Source: Octopus bimaculoides
Lineage: Eukaryota
Length of the DNA stretch: 64,000 nt
Assembly: GCF_001194135.2 (NCBI RefSeq)
Contig: NC_068981.1
Span: 149,458,650-149,522,649, forward strand
Direction of reading: 5' to 3'
The notes beneath the pieces were generated by a model. That model saw only the letters and a program-made list of their open reading frames with translations. It was not told the origin of the DNA and did not search any database. Position 1 is the stretch's first letter; each line of letters begins with the position of its first letter. Below, one piece after another: positions 49,634 to 62,861 of the stretch. Position numbers and translations under genes: made by a program.

Positions 49634-51390
49634 CTGAAATAAAGATCACGGGTCTCTGCTTTTCATCCTCTGGCTAAGACATAATAATTAAAAAATGGAA
49701 GTTTGTTTGAAAGATTATATGAAATCAATCATTGAAAAGAAAGAGCTGAAACATCAGACAAACAGAAAAATCCAAAAGAAAAGAAAATGGAAAGAATAAT
49801 GATTTTGGTAAGGAATAAACATATTTCGTTATTAAAAACTGAATCTGCTTCCTTGGCTTCATATTTTATCTTTTTCATATGTAGGTCAGTTAGACATAGT
49901 TGAATTGCTTTGATATGGTTATCTCTTACTTTAAAGCAATAGTAAACAAAGACGTCTACTGGCCAAATTAATATTCAGTGAAAATTGCTTTAACATCGTA
50001 GAGCAATGAATAGGATTCTAGTCAAAAAAGATTTGTGAGCCAATTTACATTATGTTTTGAAGCTAATGACTTGTACTGATACTACTATATATATATAAAA
50101 AAAAAACAGTGATATGAAAACAATTAAACGAAATAGCAATAATTTATTCTTGCATACCCTTTTAAAATCAAGCATACCCTTTTAAAAAGTTACCCTTTGA
50201 AAATCAAGTATACATGTCATGGTTCAGTGTATACAAGGCCTGACTGGAATGCATTTGATAATATGTCCTCTCATTTAGAGCTGAGAAATAAACAGCCATA
50301 AAACAAAAGTGATAAGAAACTGAGTCAACATAGAAACCTCCACACCGTCTCACAAAGTGCGACATACAGCAAACAAATCCTCATCAAATCAAATCATACC
50401 ATCTTAACTAAAAATAACATTGGACAATATAATTCCTGATTATATGATCGATGGTCACATATGAGACGTCTTTGATAGGTCAACTCAGTCAGGGCTAAAT
50501 TGGAACTTAAAAGCAACAACAACGATAACAGTAAACATGTTGATAACAATTTGGAATTTGTAGCAAAACATGAATAATACATTTTTTAGGTGCTTGGTAT
50601 TTATACAGAAGATAATGTTTTCTTTAATTTTCACGTGAATGTTAAACAACAACCATTGATATGGAACCATAGATCACCTGTCATTTATTGTATATTTTCT
50701 AACATTACTGCAATATCTTATTCCCTTTCGAATTGTATTGATCTTTTCTTGACACCTGTATCTAATGTATCTAATTCCCCTGCTACACTTTTTAACATTA
50801 TTTGCAGACAGAATCCGCACGAAATGAATCTATTGGGAAGTTTCAATATTCCATTTCTAAATTTAGAAACAACTAGTTTATCACTAACCTCATTTATAAC
50901 ATTTTAATCTTCTTCTTTTCTTTAGCTCGAGAGTTTTTGAGTAAATGGTAAAATTTTGTATTGGGTGTGCTCCATTTTCGATTCCTGGTTGGTACTATTG
51001 ATAAACATTTCAGTTCCAGTGTCTAAAAAGATTAGAAGATTTGACTTTCAAAAAAACTTACGCATAAAGAACACATTGTTACCAATAACCGGTCGACTGT
51101 TGGAATAAATCACTGGAAACATCTATATTTGAATTCAAAACTTGCAAGAGTATATTATATTTTCTTTACCCTGGTGCCGAGAACGTGACAGTAATTATAT
51201 TAAGCTCAGTTCAACTAGCTATCCTCTACAAATTTGTGGTCTACAACAAATCATCATTAATAACAGAATAATGTGACAAACTCTGAATTAGATCGAAGCA
51301 CCATATAAATTTATTCTTTACTCTGGTTGGTTTCAATTTCTGTTCTTAAGGAAGGCATGAACTTCACGGAGCGTATTTCCTTCCTATATG

Positions 51391-51743
51391 TGTTGGCACT
51401 CCGTCGCTTACGACGACGAGGGTTCCAGTTGATCCGATCAATGGAACAACCTGCTCGTGAAATTAACGTGCAAGTGGCTGAGCACTCCACAGACACGTGT
51501 ACCCTTAACGTAGTTCTCGGGGATATTCAGCGTGACACAGAGTGTGACAAGGCTAGCCATTTGAATTACAGGCACAACAGAAACAGGAAGTAAGAGTGAG
51601 AGAAAGTTGTGGTGAAAGAGTACAGCAGGGTTCGCCACCATCCCCTGCCGGAATTTTAGGTGTTTTCGCTCAATAAACACTCACAACTCCGGTCTGGGAA
51701 TCGAAATCGCGATCTTATGACCGCGAGTCCGCTGCCCTAACCA
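51391..51743 (-). mobile_element. tRNA-derived SINE family C
   Basis: The minus strand begins tggttagggcagcggactcgcggtc...gatttcgattcccagaccgg (tRNA-like D and T arms), followed by a GC-rich body. Confidence 0.85.
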
Positions 51744-51860
51744 TATACAGTCTAGCTTTCTATCAAAGCCGAGATTAACGATTTATTACTCCTACTTTTA
51801 ACAACTGAAATTTGACAGTACTTTCGTAAATAAATATTTAATCAGTATTTCTCTTTGTAG

Positions 51861-51890
51861 CCTAAAAGACTATTACTATTTTTGATGAAG
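51861..51890 (+). CDS. Candidate 30-nt symmetric microexon (PKRLLLFLMK)
   Basis: Acceptor tttctctttgtag, donor aag|gtaagg; only frame 0 is open. Confidence 0.25.
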
Positions 51891-53695
51891 GTAAGGAGTC
51901 AATGAATAATTTGGTTTCTGGAAAACTTAATAAGAAATCACCCCAGCTGTATAGAACTAGAACCTCCAGGCTAAAATGGATTCCGTTTATTTCTCAGATC
52001 ATGGAAATTTACAGTTCTACTATATTCTCACATTTTATCAAATGTAACCTGCCTTGGGTTCATTGACTTTTAACATATCAACACCCCGCTTTCAGTTACT
52101 TTTAAACCACCACAATACATTATATTCAAACGATATTTTCATGTTCCATACGGAGATATCCTATCGACGCCTGACTGGGTCTGTTGTGAGATGTAACCTA
52201 AACACCTCACACCAGATGCGAAACTATCTGTCAATGAACAGTCTTTCTAATTACTTTTGGACATAACATAAAAATCTAGCCTCTTTCACATACCACCAAA
52301 ATATGGTCACTCTACATATCAAAGAAATACATCATTGTTTTAATTATACATTACAACTCATAATTAAAACATTCAGATTCTTTAAAAATTCTCAAAATCT
52401 CTGATACTTCATCTTTGAAATAACAAACGGTATAATCTGAGGATACTATTGATGTTTTACATTCAGAAATAGTAAAACTAACACTTCAAACAATGGAATA
52501 AATGTGGGCAGTGTTCTTTGTCAGAGAAATAGGGAATGGCTACTAAATAGTGAACTAAAACTGCACCACAAAGAACACCTTTTCCTCTTTAGTATCATCC
52601 CAGTACAGACATTGACACTACAATTTAAAATAATATTTACATATCTGTTTACCAATATACACAGCACAAATGTTAGTGTTGTATACATTGACAAACCAAT
52701 GATGAGGCATCAACGCGATTGGTCCTGAAGTTAGAAATATCAACCAAATGTTCTTAAAATTGATAAAAATACTTTCTTAAAATTACTATCCATTTCGAAA
52801 AAAAAAGTGCGACTGTTACACATGGAAAACCACTGATTTAAAGGGCTAAACAACAGTAAACCATTATACGTTCCTTAAGAAAGTAAAAAGGATTCAATAA
52901 CTTAATAAAAATTCAATAAATTTCAATACTTTACAATGTCAAGGACACTAACACAGTTTCCCTTTGTAAACCCGTACGTCACTATCAGAATTATTAATGC
53001 TTTTCCTTTGAAGCCGACTTCATACGCGATATTCTCCCAGCTCCCTACTTATCTTCTCCTTAGTTGTATACTTCAGATTTAATTCACTAAACTAAAACAC
53101 TCCCAAATTTCTGTTTTCGCAGAACCCTCTTGAATACTCTAAGTGCTCTATGAGTGCATAAAAGGAATGCATTTACATTCGTTTAAGCTATATAATATCG
53201 AAATTCATTTCAGCATTGATTCATGCTGTGTGAGACATAAAAAATTTGCAAATTAAGCTACCACTGCGCTAATAATTTAAACATATTCAACAATCTTATC
53301 TATGACAACATGTGGTTTGAAGCGTCACAGTAGAGATACATGTTATTTTGCATAAACAGGTTTGTATCTTCAACCTTACTTAGCTTTTTTCTTATTCATT
53401 TGACAGATTTCGTCAAGGAGCAATTCATTTATGATAAAGTGGAATGGTAAGGGAGCGCAGCATCGATAGATTTTAGGTTTCCGCGTTTCTACGCCTCCTA
53501 GCGTATATCATTTTGTGATGGCATATGACACAGACAGCAATAATTCATGCTCCAAAATTAGATGGACAGAGTAGGGTAAGATCTGAAAGAAGTTGATCTA
53601 CTTATGGCTACTTCATTGTGCATGTTGTTTAGAAACAGCAATTGTTACTGAGTACTAACGAGAAAGAACATTACATACATACATACATACATATG

Positions 53696-53758
<63 letters not shown>

Positions 53759-53759
53759 T

Positions 53760-53853
53760 ATATTTTACTTGTTTCACTCATTAAATAGCGACCATATTGA
53801 GGCACTGCGTTGAAGAATTTTAGGCGAATGAATCGACCTAGAACTTATTTTTA
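53760..53853 (-). mobile_element. SINE family B 3' end, truncated by gap
   Basis: ttttacttgtttca.tcatt...gcg.ccat...aatcgacc. Confidence 0.7.
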
Positions 53854-54254
53854 NNNNNNNNNNNNNNNNNNNNNNNNNNNNNNNNNNNNNNNNNNNNNNN
53901 NNNNNNNNNNNNNNNNNNNNNNNNNNNNNNNNNNNNNNNNNNNNNNNNNNNNNNNNNNNNNNNNNNNNNNNNNNNNNNNNNNNNNNNNNNNNNNNNNNNN
54001 NNNNNNNNNNNNNNNNNNNNNNNNNNNNNNNNNNNNNNNNNNNNNNNNNNNNNNNNNNNNNNNNNNNNNNNNNNNNNNNNNNNNNNNNNNNNNNNNNNNN
54101 NNNNNNNNNNNNNNNNNNNNNNNNNNNNNNNNNNNNNNNNNNNNNATATGTATCTACATCTATATCTACTGCTATCTCTTTTTCTCTCTCTCTCTCTCTC
54201 TCTGTATATATATATATATATATATGCATGTATTTATGTGAATATATGTGTGTT

Positions 54255-54285
<31 letters not shown>

Positions 54286-54504
54286 TTAATCCATCTCAAT
54301 AAAATATGTTGTCCTCCTCCAAATACAATATGTGGTTCTCTGCCAATCTGCGAAATCAATATTTCCTCGCAAGCTAATTATCAGCAATTAGTTTTAAATA
54401 TGGACGAATGATTATATTCATGTGACGCCATTTTACTGTTTGTATATGAATAAGTAAATAAATAAACAAATAATGAAAGAAAGCAGAAAGAAAATGGATA
54501 ACTC

Positions 54505-54562
54505 GCTTGATGGATAGATAGATAAATAGATAGATGGATAAATAGATAGATAGATAGATAAG

Positions 54563-54592
<30 letters not shown>
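54505..54592. repeat. (GATA)n
   Basis: Directly visible. Confidence 0.9.
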
Positions 54593-54593
<1 letters not shown>

Positions 54594-54952
54594 GAAGAAA
54601 ACATCTCGTAAAGAGAAAAAAAGCATGTACAAGCGATAATCTTGCAAACACACTCTGGATTGCATTTATAGAATATTTCGAACGCAAAACCTGAAAAAGA
54701 AATTTGTTTGCAAATAATTAAAGTATGTTGACTTACGATTGAGTAGAGAATACAATGGCGATATTTATATAAAAAAAATCGTGTAAGTTACTAGCTGTTA
54801 ATTATTAATTATGACTATATGTCTATTTATATTCCTATTTACTGAATTTTCTTTCTTTCTTTCTTTCTTTCTTTCACCCTCTATGTGCATACACATATAG
54901 CTATGTTATCAAATATATATACAAACAGGTACATATACATAAAGACACATAC

Positions 54953-55006
<54 letters not shown>

Positions 55007-55059
55007 ACGTGTGTGTACGTATACCCGCAGGCACACACGCACACACACATATATATGAT

Positions 55060-55090
<31 letters not shown>

Positions 55091-55986
55091 CATATATGTA
55101 TACGTGTCTGTGTGATATATAAATATAACTAGATGAATATATATAGACACATATTTCCATGTCCTTACACTTTTTCTTTTTTTGATTTTCAGTTTTGCAA
55201 TATAAACAGATATTTTATTTTGATACTTTATTCTCCGCCATCTCTTCCTCTACAAGTCCTATAATACTGCAATAACCCCAACACTACAACCGGAACAGCA
55301 ACCACCATCATCAGCGCCAGACTCAGCGTGTCTGCGATTATACCAAGCTTATTATTTCTAACGTTAACAGACACGGCGCTGTGAGTAACAACGATAACTA
55401 TTACCATAAAGCGTTTCCTTGGCTACTATCACCTCTTTCGTTCCTACCATTTATTCATAACTACTAGCTAACTAGAACTGTAATGATACTTCACAGAAAT
55501 CACACGCACGCACACTTACACAAACCTTGTCTGTGGTTACGAATACATGTGCATTCAGAAATTATATGCAATATGCTAGATAGACATATTTAATGTTACT
55601 GTGAAGGTACGACGCAGTAACATGACAGCAATATGATTAGTTTCGTCAACCCTAAAAGCTGTTAGTGATCAATTACTTTGTCTCTCAACCTTCAAATTAA
55701 AAAAAATATGTCTTCAAGAGGAAAAAATAAACCAACCATTATTTGTATAGAGAATTTTACACAATGTGGCTGTGTTGGTGGTCAGGATGTAAGTCTGGCA
55801 CAAGACGAAATTCGTCGGATGACTCTTAGGCGCTAAAATTGATGTGGTTTATTCAGAACTCTTATGGTTGCAGTGCAACATATATTTGTTTATTAAACAT
55901 ATTGTACGTGATTTCTTTACACACACACACACACACACACTCACACACAGACACACAGACATACAGACAAACACACGCACACACAC

Positions 55987-56028
<42 letters not shown>

Positions 56029-56344
56029 NNNNNNNNNNNNNNNNNNNNNNNNNNNNNNNNNNNNNNNNNNNNNNNNNNNNNNNNNNNNNNNNNNNNNNNN
56101 NNNNNNNNNNNNNNNNNNNNNNNNNNNNNNNNNNNNNNNNNNNNNNNNNNNNNNNNNNNNNNNNNNNNNNNNNNNNNNNNNNNNNNNNNNNNNNNNNNNN
56201 NNNNNNNNNNNNNNNNNNNNNNNNNNNNNNNNNNNNNNNNNNNNNNNNNNNNNNNNNNNNNNNNNNNNNNNNNNNNNNNNNNNNNNNNNNNNNNNNNNNN
56301 NNNNGGTAAGGCGACTACACCGACCAAATTGCTCAAATGTTCTT

Positions 56345-56695
56345 ATTTTATCTGTCCCGAAAACATGAAAGGCAAAGTCGATCTCGGAGGTATTCTTATT
56401 TCTTTATTGCTCACAAGGGGCTAAACATAGAGGGAAAAAACAAGGACAGACAAAGAGATTAAGTCGATTACATCAACCCCAGTGCGTAACTGGTACTTAA
56501 TTTATCGACCTCGAAAGTATGACAGGCAAAGTCGACCTCGGCGGAATTTGAACTCAGAACGTAACGGCAGACGAAATACCGCTAGGCATTTCGCCCGGCG
56601 TGCTGACGATTGTGCCAGCTCGCCGCCTTCTCGGAGGTATTCTGTTAAGCATGCATTTTGTCCAGCTTGCTAACGATTCTGATAACTCGCCTCCT
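56345..56695 (-). mobile_element. Older SINE family A copy interrupted by a younger copy
   Basis: Flanks 56345-56396 and 56629-56695 join into one degenerate family-A element. Confidence 0.75.
56397..56628 (-). mobile_element. SINE family A, young copy
   Basis: 15-bp TSD tctcggaggtattct at 56382-56396 and 56629-56643. Confidence 0.95.
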
Positions 56696-57032
56696 TCGTC
56701 AAATATAGAATAAAAAAACCACGTTAGTTGAAGCAACAGCAAGACTATAGCTACACGAATAACAATAAAATAGGCAGTAAGTGATGGAATACGAATATCA
56801 GGAAAAAAGCATCAACAATGAAGTCAACCGACAATACGTTAACAAAGAGGAATAACGTCGGCGGTAGGAAAGAACAACAACAACAATAACAAAGAAATAT
56901 TCATATAAATATTCCGAGTAGTAATTACTAGAACAGGAATAACCATTAACTATGTGTATACAGCCACATCAAACAGACAAGCAAACAAACAAAAACGATA
57001 TACACAGACGTACATATACATATGTATAGGCA

Positions 57033-57071
<39 letters not shown>

Positions 57072-58330
57072 NNNNNNNNNNNNNNNNNNNNNNNNNNNNN
57101 NNNNNNNNNNNNNNNNNNNNNNNNNNNNNNNNNNNNNNNNNNNNNNNNNNNNNNNNNNNNNNNNNNNNNNNNNNNNNNNNNNNNNNNNNNNNNNNNNNNN
57201 NNNNNNNNNNNNNNNNNNNNNNNNNNNNNNNNNNNNNNNNNNNNNNNNNNNNNNNNNNNNNNNNNNNNNNNNNNNNNNNNNNNNNNNNNNNNNNNNNNNN
57301 NNNNNNNNNNNNNNNNNNNNNNNNNNNNNNNNNNNNNNNNNNNNNNNNNNNNNNNNNNNNNNNNNNNNNNNNNNNNNNNNNNNNNNNNNNNNNNNNNNNN
57401 NNNNNNNNNNNNNNNNNNNNNNNNNNNNNNNNNNNNNNNNNNNNNNNNNNNNNNNNNNNNNNNNNNNNNNNNNNNNNNNNNNNNNNNNNNNNNNNNNNNN
57501 NNNNNNNNNNNNNNNNNNNNNNNNNNNNNNNNNNNNNNNNNNNNNNNNNNNNNNNNNNNNNNNNNNNNNNNNNNNNNNNNNNNNNNNNNNNNNNNNNNNN
57601 NATATATTTGTGTGTATAGATATATACATATTTATACATGCATACAAATATATGTATGTAGTATATATTACATATGTATGTATGTACATACATATATACA
57701 CACACATATATATAGAGACAGATAGAAAGAGAGGGATAGGGAGATATAGGTATAACTTACATATTATACTTATAATTCACAAATCACACGCATCAGATGA
57801 GAAACAACTGAACAAGTACGAGAAAAATGAAATTTTGTATTATAGGGGGAATGAGAAAGATATAATCTAAAACGACTGTAATAAAATAAATAAGATCAAA
57901 ATAGAAAGAAAAACAAAAAAAAAACAAAACAAAAACAAATAACATTAGAAATGAATATACAAAAATTTGATAGCGAAAGGCGATATATCCATTAACTAAA
58001 CAAAATTAAACTGATCTATAAAAATAATTTCCAAAATCTACAAATAAAACAAAAATTAACGAAATAAACAAAGGAAAGAAAAATGTTAACTGAGGGCAGT
58101 TTAATATTATTTCCAATTATAAAATTAATAAATTTATGAGAAAAACAAGCATAATTTACGTCTATGGAAAACACAATTTTTAGGAAGGCAAAACGTAAAG
58201 AACTCGACTAACAAAATTGGATAACATATTAATTTATTTCTATTAGAGAGAATAAAGACCTTATGTATATGTATGGCAGTATGTACGTATGCACATGTAC
58301 AAATATTCTATAATTCTTTAAGTGCTTTTG

Positions 58331-58522
58331 CTCACTGGACAGCGGCCGTAATTAGGTACCGCTCTCAAGTGCTTGGTTGATCATATCGATTTTATATTTT
58401 CATACTTGTCACTTCTCTGTGGAAATCAGAAATGAGTTTTAAACTTTAAAATGTGTAGTGGAATTGATATGAATAAACAACAACTAAAATTTTGTGCTAT
58501 AACATCGCCGCTGTCCAGTGAG
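58331..58522. repeat. Perfect 16-bp inverted repeat ctcactggacagcggc with 160-bp spacer
   Basis: 58331-58346 is the exact reverse complement of 58507-58522. Both sit in degenerate SINE-B tails. Confidence 0.9.
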
Positions 58523-58556
58523 AGAAACTAGAAAAAGAATAAAAGAATACCTGTAT

Positions 58557-58558
<2 letters not shown>

Positions 58559-58634
<76 letters not shown>

Positions 58635-58665
58635 ACACACACACACACACATACAAACACACACA
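58559..58665. repeat. (CA)n
   Basis: Directly visible. Confidence 0.95.
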
Positions 58666-58804
58666 CATGACAAGCGTACAAGAAATTATGTAATGAATTG
58701 CATTGGACTGTCAGATAAATTTGTTTTCTCTTAATTTTATTTTGAGCCTTACTTTTCATCAACAATTTGAACAAATCAGCCAATATTATATTCTTCTTCA
58801 TAGT

Positions 58805-59015
58805 CCAGTTGGTTAAATCTCTAGCACACCGGGCAAAATATTTAGCGGCATTTCGTCCGTCTTTACGTTCTGAATTGAAATTCCGACGAGGTCGACTTTG
58901 CCTTTCATTGTTCGGGGTCGATAAAATAAGTACCAGTTGGGCACTGGGTTCGATGTAATAAACTAATTCCAACCCCCGAAATTGCTGGCTTGTTGCCAAA
59001 ATTTAAAACCAATAT
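58805..59015 (+). mobile_element. SINE family A, alternative-tail subfamily
   Basis: Core gaggtcgactttgcctttcat...ggggtcgataaaataagtaccagt plus tail attgctggcttgttgccaaaatttaaaacc. Confidence 0.85.
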
Positions 59016-59180
59016 GATGAAATTCATATCCAGAATACGATGCATGCTCATGAATGTTCAGCATAAACACACAGCCACACTCATTACAATATATAAACAC
59101 TTTTGATTATCTCCAAATATTCAAAATCTTCCCTGTCGTTTATGAAGGTCAAGTCACTTATTATTATTACAACCACCAAA

Positions 59181-59395
59181 GACGACGAGCTGGCAGACTA
59201 GTTAGCAGGCCGGGCAAAATGCTCAGCGTCATTTCATCTGTTTTTATGTTCTGAGTTCAAATTCCACCGAGATCTACTTTGCCTTTTGTGCTTTCGGGGT
59301 GGATAAAATAAGTACCAGTTGAGCACTGGAGTCGATGTCATCGACTAAGCTTCTCCCACGAAACTGATGGCTTTGTGCCAAAATTTGTAAACATT
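59181..59395 (+). mobile_element. SINE family A, alternative-tail subfamily
   Basis: gacgagctggcaga...gagttcaaattccacc...ctgatggctttgtgccaaaatttg. Confidence 0.85.
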
Positions 59396-59874
59396 ATTAC
59401 CACTGCTATTCGATCTCGATTTTTAGGCTTTACATAGGGACACAGCTAATCAATTTCACTAAATAAAATATTTCCGATTATCAGATTTCAGCGTGTTTTT
59501 AGCTTTAAAAATAGTTGTATCTCCCCAAACCAAATTTATTCTAAACATAAATACACATTCACTCTCTCCCACTCCAACACCTCCCACAACGTTCGCATTT
59601 AAATACTTAAATTCCAGCCAGGAATTCTTAAGATATTACTGTCATTTTGATCGTTCAACCACACACGTACGCATACACACAGGCAAACCACGCACAAAGA
59701 CTCATACACGCGTACATACTTACGCACGTACACACATGTATCTTCGTCATTATATCTTAAAGTGTACAGCTGACTTTTTGACCTGATTCCAATATGTACT
59801 TCTATTTCGTTACCTATTATTCTTTTTATCCATTCAAATTCTATTTTGGCCATTTCCTAATTTCAAACTCTGTA

Positions 59875-59920
<46 letters not shown>

Positions 59921-62096
59921 CACCGACACACACGTGCACACACACATGCGAAGAAACACACATACGCACACACATACACACACACACACACACAAGCAAT
60001 GAAACACACATATGCAAAAACGCACAAATAGACGCACACACGAACACTCTGAGTGCGCCTTTAAGAATTTATTTCAAACTTGACTTCTAAAGCAAATTAA
60101 ACTCTGCTTCCAATCAGCTATCTCATCAATAAACCCACTAAGACACGCATACACATACACACGCGCGCACGCGCAACCAAATCTTGAGTACATGCACTCT
60201 CATACGTAAATAAAAACATACACAGCCTAATAACACAGTTAAATACTAAAACTTTCCATGCTAAATATAAACGCCATATAAATCAAACAAAACGCAAGTC
60301 AGCTAAGAATAAACACACAACCGATTTAGAAACGCACACTCTTATAAATACTTGTGTTAACGTAGACATCTAAGCTTCTGCATATAGTATTTGTAAGGTG
60401 TCCAACAGAAAGTATTGTTTTTCTGTTAACAATTGATCCATGTAACACATCACTGTTTCTGAGATTTTGACCTCCTATTAAACTATTATGGCGCCAAAGT
60501 GTATTCAGCCATATAACTTCTGTACGTGGCAAATTTGTTAATTAGAGATCGGCTTGTAAATCCTATCTTTGACACACATCCTTTATTGAAACTGTCTTGT
60601 TTTTTCTCGGCTGAGTTCTAATTTTTCCATTCCGTTTGTCAATTTTATTTTCTAGAACACAGCATTTGTTGAATGTGTCATCTCCTAAGCATTCACAAAT
60701 GTAATGGCATTCATTAGAAATTGAAAATGGATTGGTGATACAACATACATAGGAAGCTTGTCTCTCTTTTAAATCACTCACCGGCTAAATCTTTAGAAAA
60801 TCAAGATGCAATAGTGTCATGTAGAATTTCATTAAAAAAAACAAACAAAAAAAAAAACACAAAAACATAAGCATTCAAGGGCGAAGTTTTAAAAGATTTT
60901 GAATTATAGCCGACTGTCGCAAATATGGTAAATTAAAGAATCTGTAGAGAATAGAAAACTAATTTATAACTATTTCAATAATTTTTTAACTTCTGACTGA
61001 CTGTATGGAATTTGAGATCCCGCTACATTGCTTAATGGATTTTTATATTCGTTCGAGGTCTAAGAAAATCTAAAATGACAATGCTGGACGAAATTATAGT
61101 CATTCTAGTATTTATTCCCGTCCCTTTATACTTTTTTTTTTTAATTCTTTAAACAGTTTGACTTCCTTTCGTTTTCCATTCATATTAAGCAGCCATATTC
61201 TGAAGTAAATTCAACCGACTCCTAGCAAATTTATGGTCCTGTGAACTCTAAATATAAAAAAAAACTCATCAGTTACACAGTTTGTATATTGCAAATAGCT
61301 TAAAGTAAAATTTTCAGTTGGTACCGGTTTAAGATGGTCTTGATCAGCCGTAGTTGTAGTGCGTACTGCTCAGTAATATTAAAAGCCGCGCAGCTCTCGA
61401 TGAGTAGTCATACACTCTATCCATTAATTTTGCGGCTGTCTAATAATAATGGGAAATCATTGTTTAAATAACTTCTGGGTCTAATGTCAGTGATGGATAG
61501 GACAAAATGACTGATTGAAAGATGAGAAAATAAAAATATTGCTTCTTTGTAGTCATTGTAATTTGTGCAGCCAATGAGACCGCCTATATATAGCCACTCG
61601 ACCTGCTGGAAATAACTAATTTTCCCTCAGATTATGCTCTGTTGTCTTATAAAAGGAAGGACGAGTTGCGTGGCTCTGTATGTACGTGAACAAAATAATA
61701 AAAAAACAGGATGGTCATGACAGAAACCCTTTTCATGTGGAGTTACTCGATCAGGGACAATTTGAGGTAAAACAGCAACTTAGCCACGTTTCAGTTTATT
61801 TTTAGTTTGGAAGCTCTGCACCTTATACAATGTTTATCTTGTGCTTGAGAACACAATTAGATAATGGGAAGGTAGTTCATCTCGATTCTTGACTAGATTT
61901 TTGAAGATTCACAAACATCATGGAAATAATTTGAGAAATGCAAAATGTTTGTAAAACATTTTTTGCTGTTATTATTGCTGAAATACTCGACAGTTTATGT
62001 GTTGATGTCGGTGTTGAACGCGCTGATAACATTCATATATCTAATCCATCACCAAAAGTGTTCTAGCCATGGCCATATCACCTCCTCCTTTATTTA

Positions 62097-62315
62097 CGAG
62101 GGGGTAGTGAATAGTTCCTGGATTTGGGTAAAAAAAAGTACAAGAGGATCAGCTAGTTATGATTTTAATTAAACATATTCCCTTCTCAGATTCACACACT
62201 TATTGCAGCATTCCTTCAGCTTTTCTAAGCCCTGTAAAAGAAATCGTAAACGTTGGGTCTTCAACCAGGCCTTTTGCGACAGCCTTAAAGCTAGGAACTT
62301 TTCAGAATTCCTTTG
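62097..62315. mobile_element. Mariner-derived MITE (copy 2)
   Basis: TA-cgagggggtagtgaatagttc ... gaacttttcagaattcctttg-TA. Internal sequence homologous to 270-485. Confidence 0.8.
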
Positions 62316-62771
62316 TATTGTCCGACGTGTCTTCTCCTTTCGTTAAATAGATAAGATGAGATTTGATATTTGGCTTCTATTTTTAGGATTGAGACTTCCA
62401 CGTATGTGAAATGGCAGCATATTTATTTTCCAAATGTTTCTGCATTTATACAAAATCTAAAATGAAGCGGTATATGTTTTTTTTTTTGCTTATGGAAAAC
62501 AATAGTAGACTTTTGAACTATTGACTTTCTAAGACTTCACAAAACATAGGTAGCATTATCATCATTCTCAATACGCTATTTTAGTTTAAATCCCTTTGAT
62601 TTTAATTAATTCAATATATTCGAAATGATTTTATGAGATATACTTGCAATTCAATTTATCAAAGCAATTCAATATATCAAAACTGTAATATATCAAGTTA
62701 GTTACAGAAACATTGTGGAAAAGAAACACACAGTATTTGACCCGTCTCCATGACTAGTTAGTAATTTGTTT

Positions 62772-62861
62772 CTTCCTTCCTTCCTTCCTTCCTTCCTTCC
62801 TTCCTTCCTTCCTTCCTTCCTTCCTTCCTTCCTTCCTTCCTTCCTTCCTTCCTTCCTTCCT
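62772..62861. repeat. (TTCC)n
   Basis: Directly visible. Confidence 0.95.

Noticed and set aside
50600-51020. Minus-strand LIFLDTGTEMFI, resembling an LTR-retrotransposon aspartic protease motif
   Set aside because: A single short motif with stops nearby and no RT, integrase or LTR found; insufficient support.
55265-55384. YCNNPNTTTGTATTIISARLSVSAIIPSLLFLTLTDTAL*, resembling a Ly6/GPI-anchor C-terminus
   Set aside because: An in-frame TAA immediately precedes it with no usable acceptor, and the region looks like decayed trinucleotide repeat.
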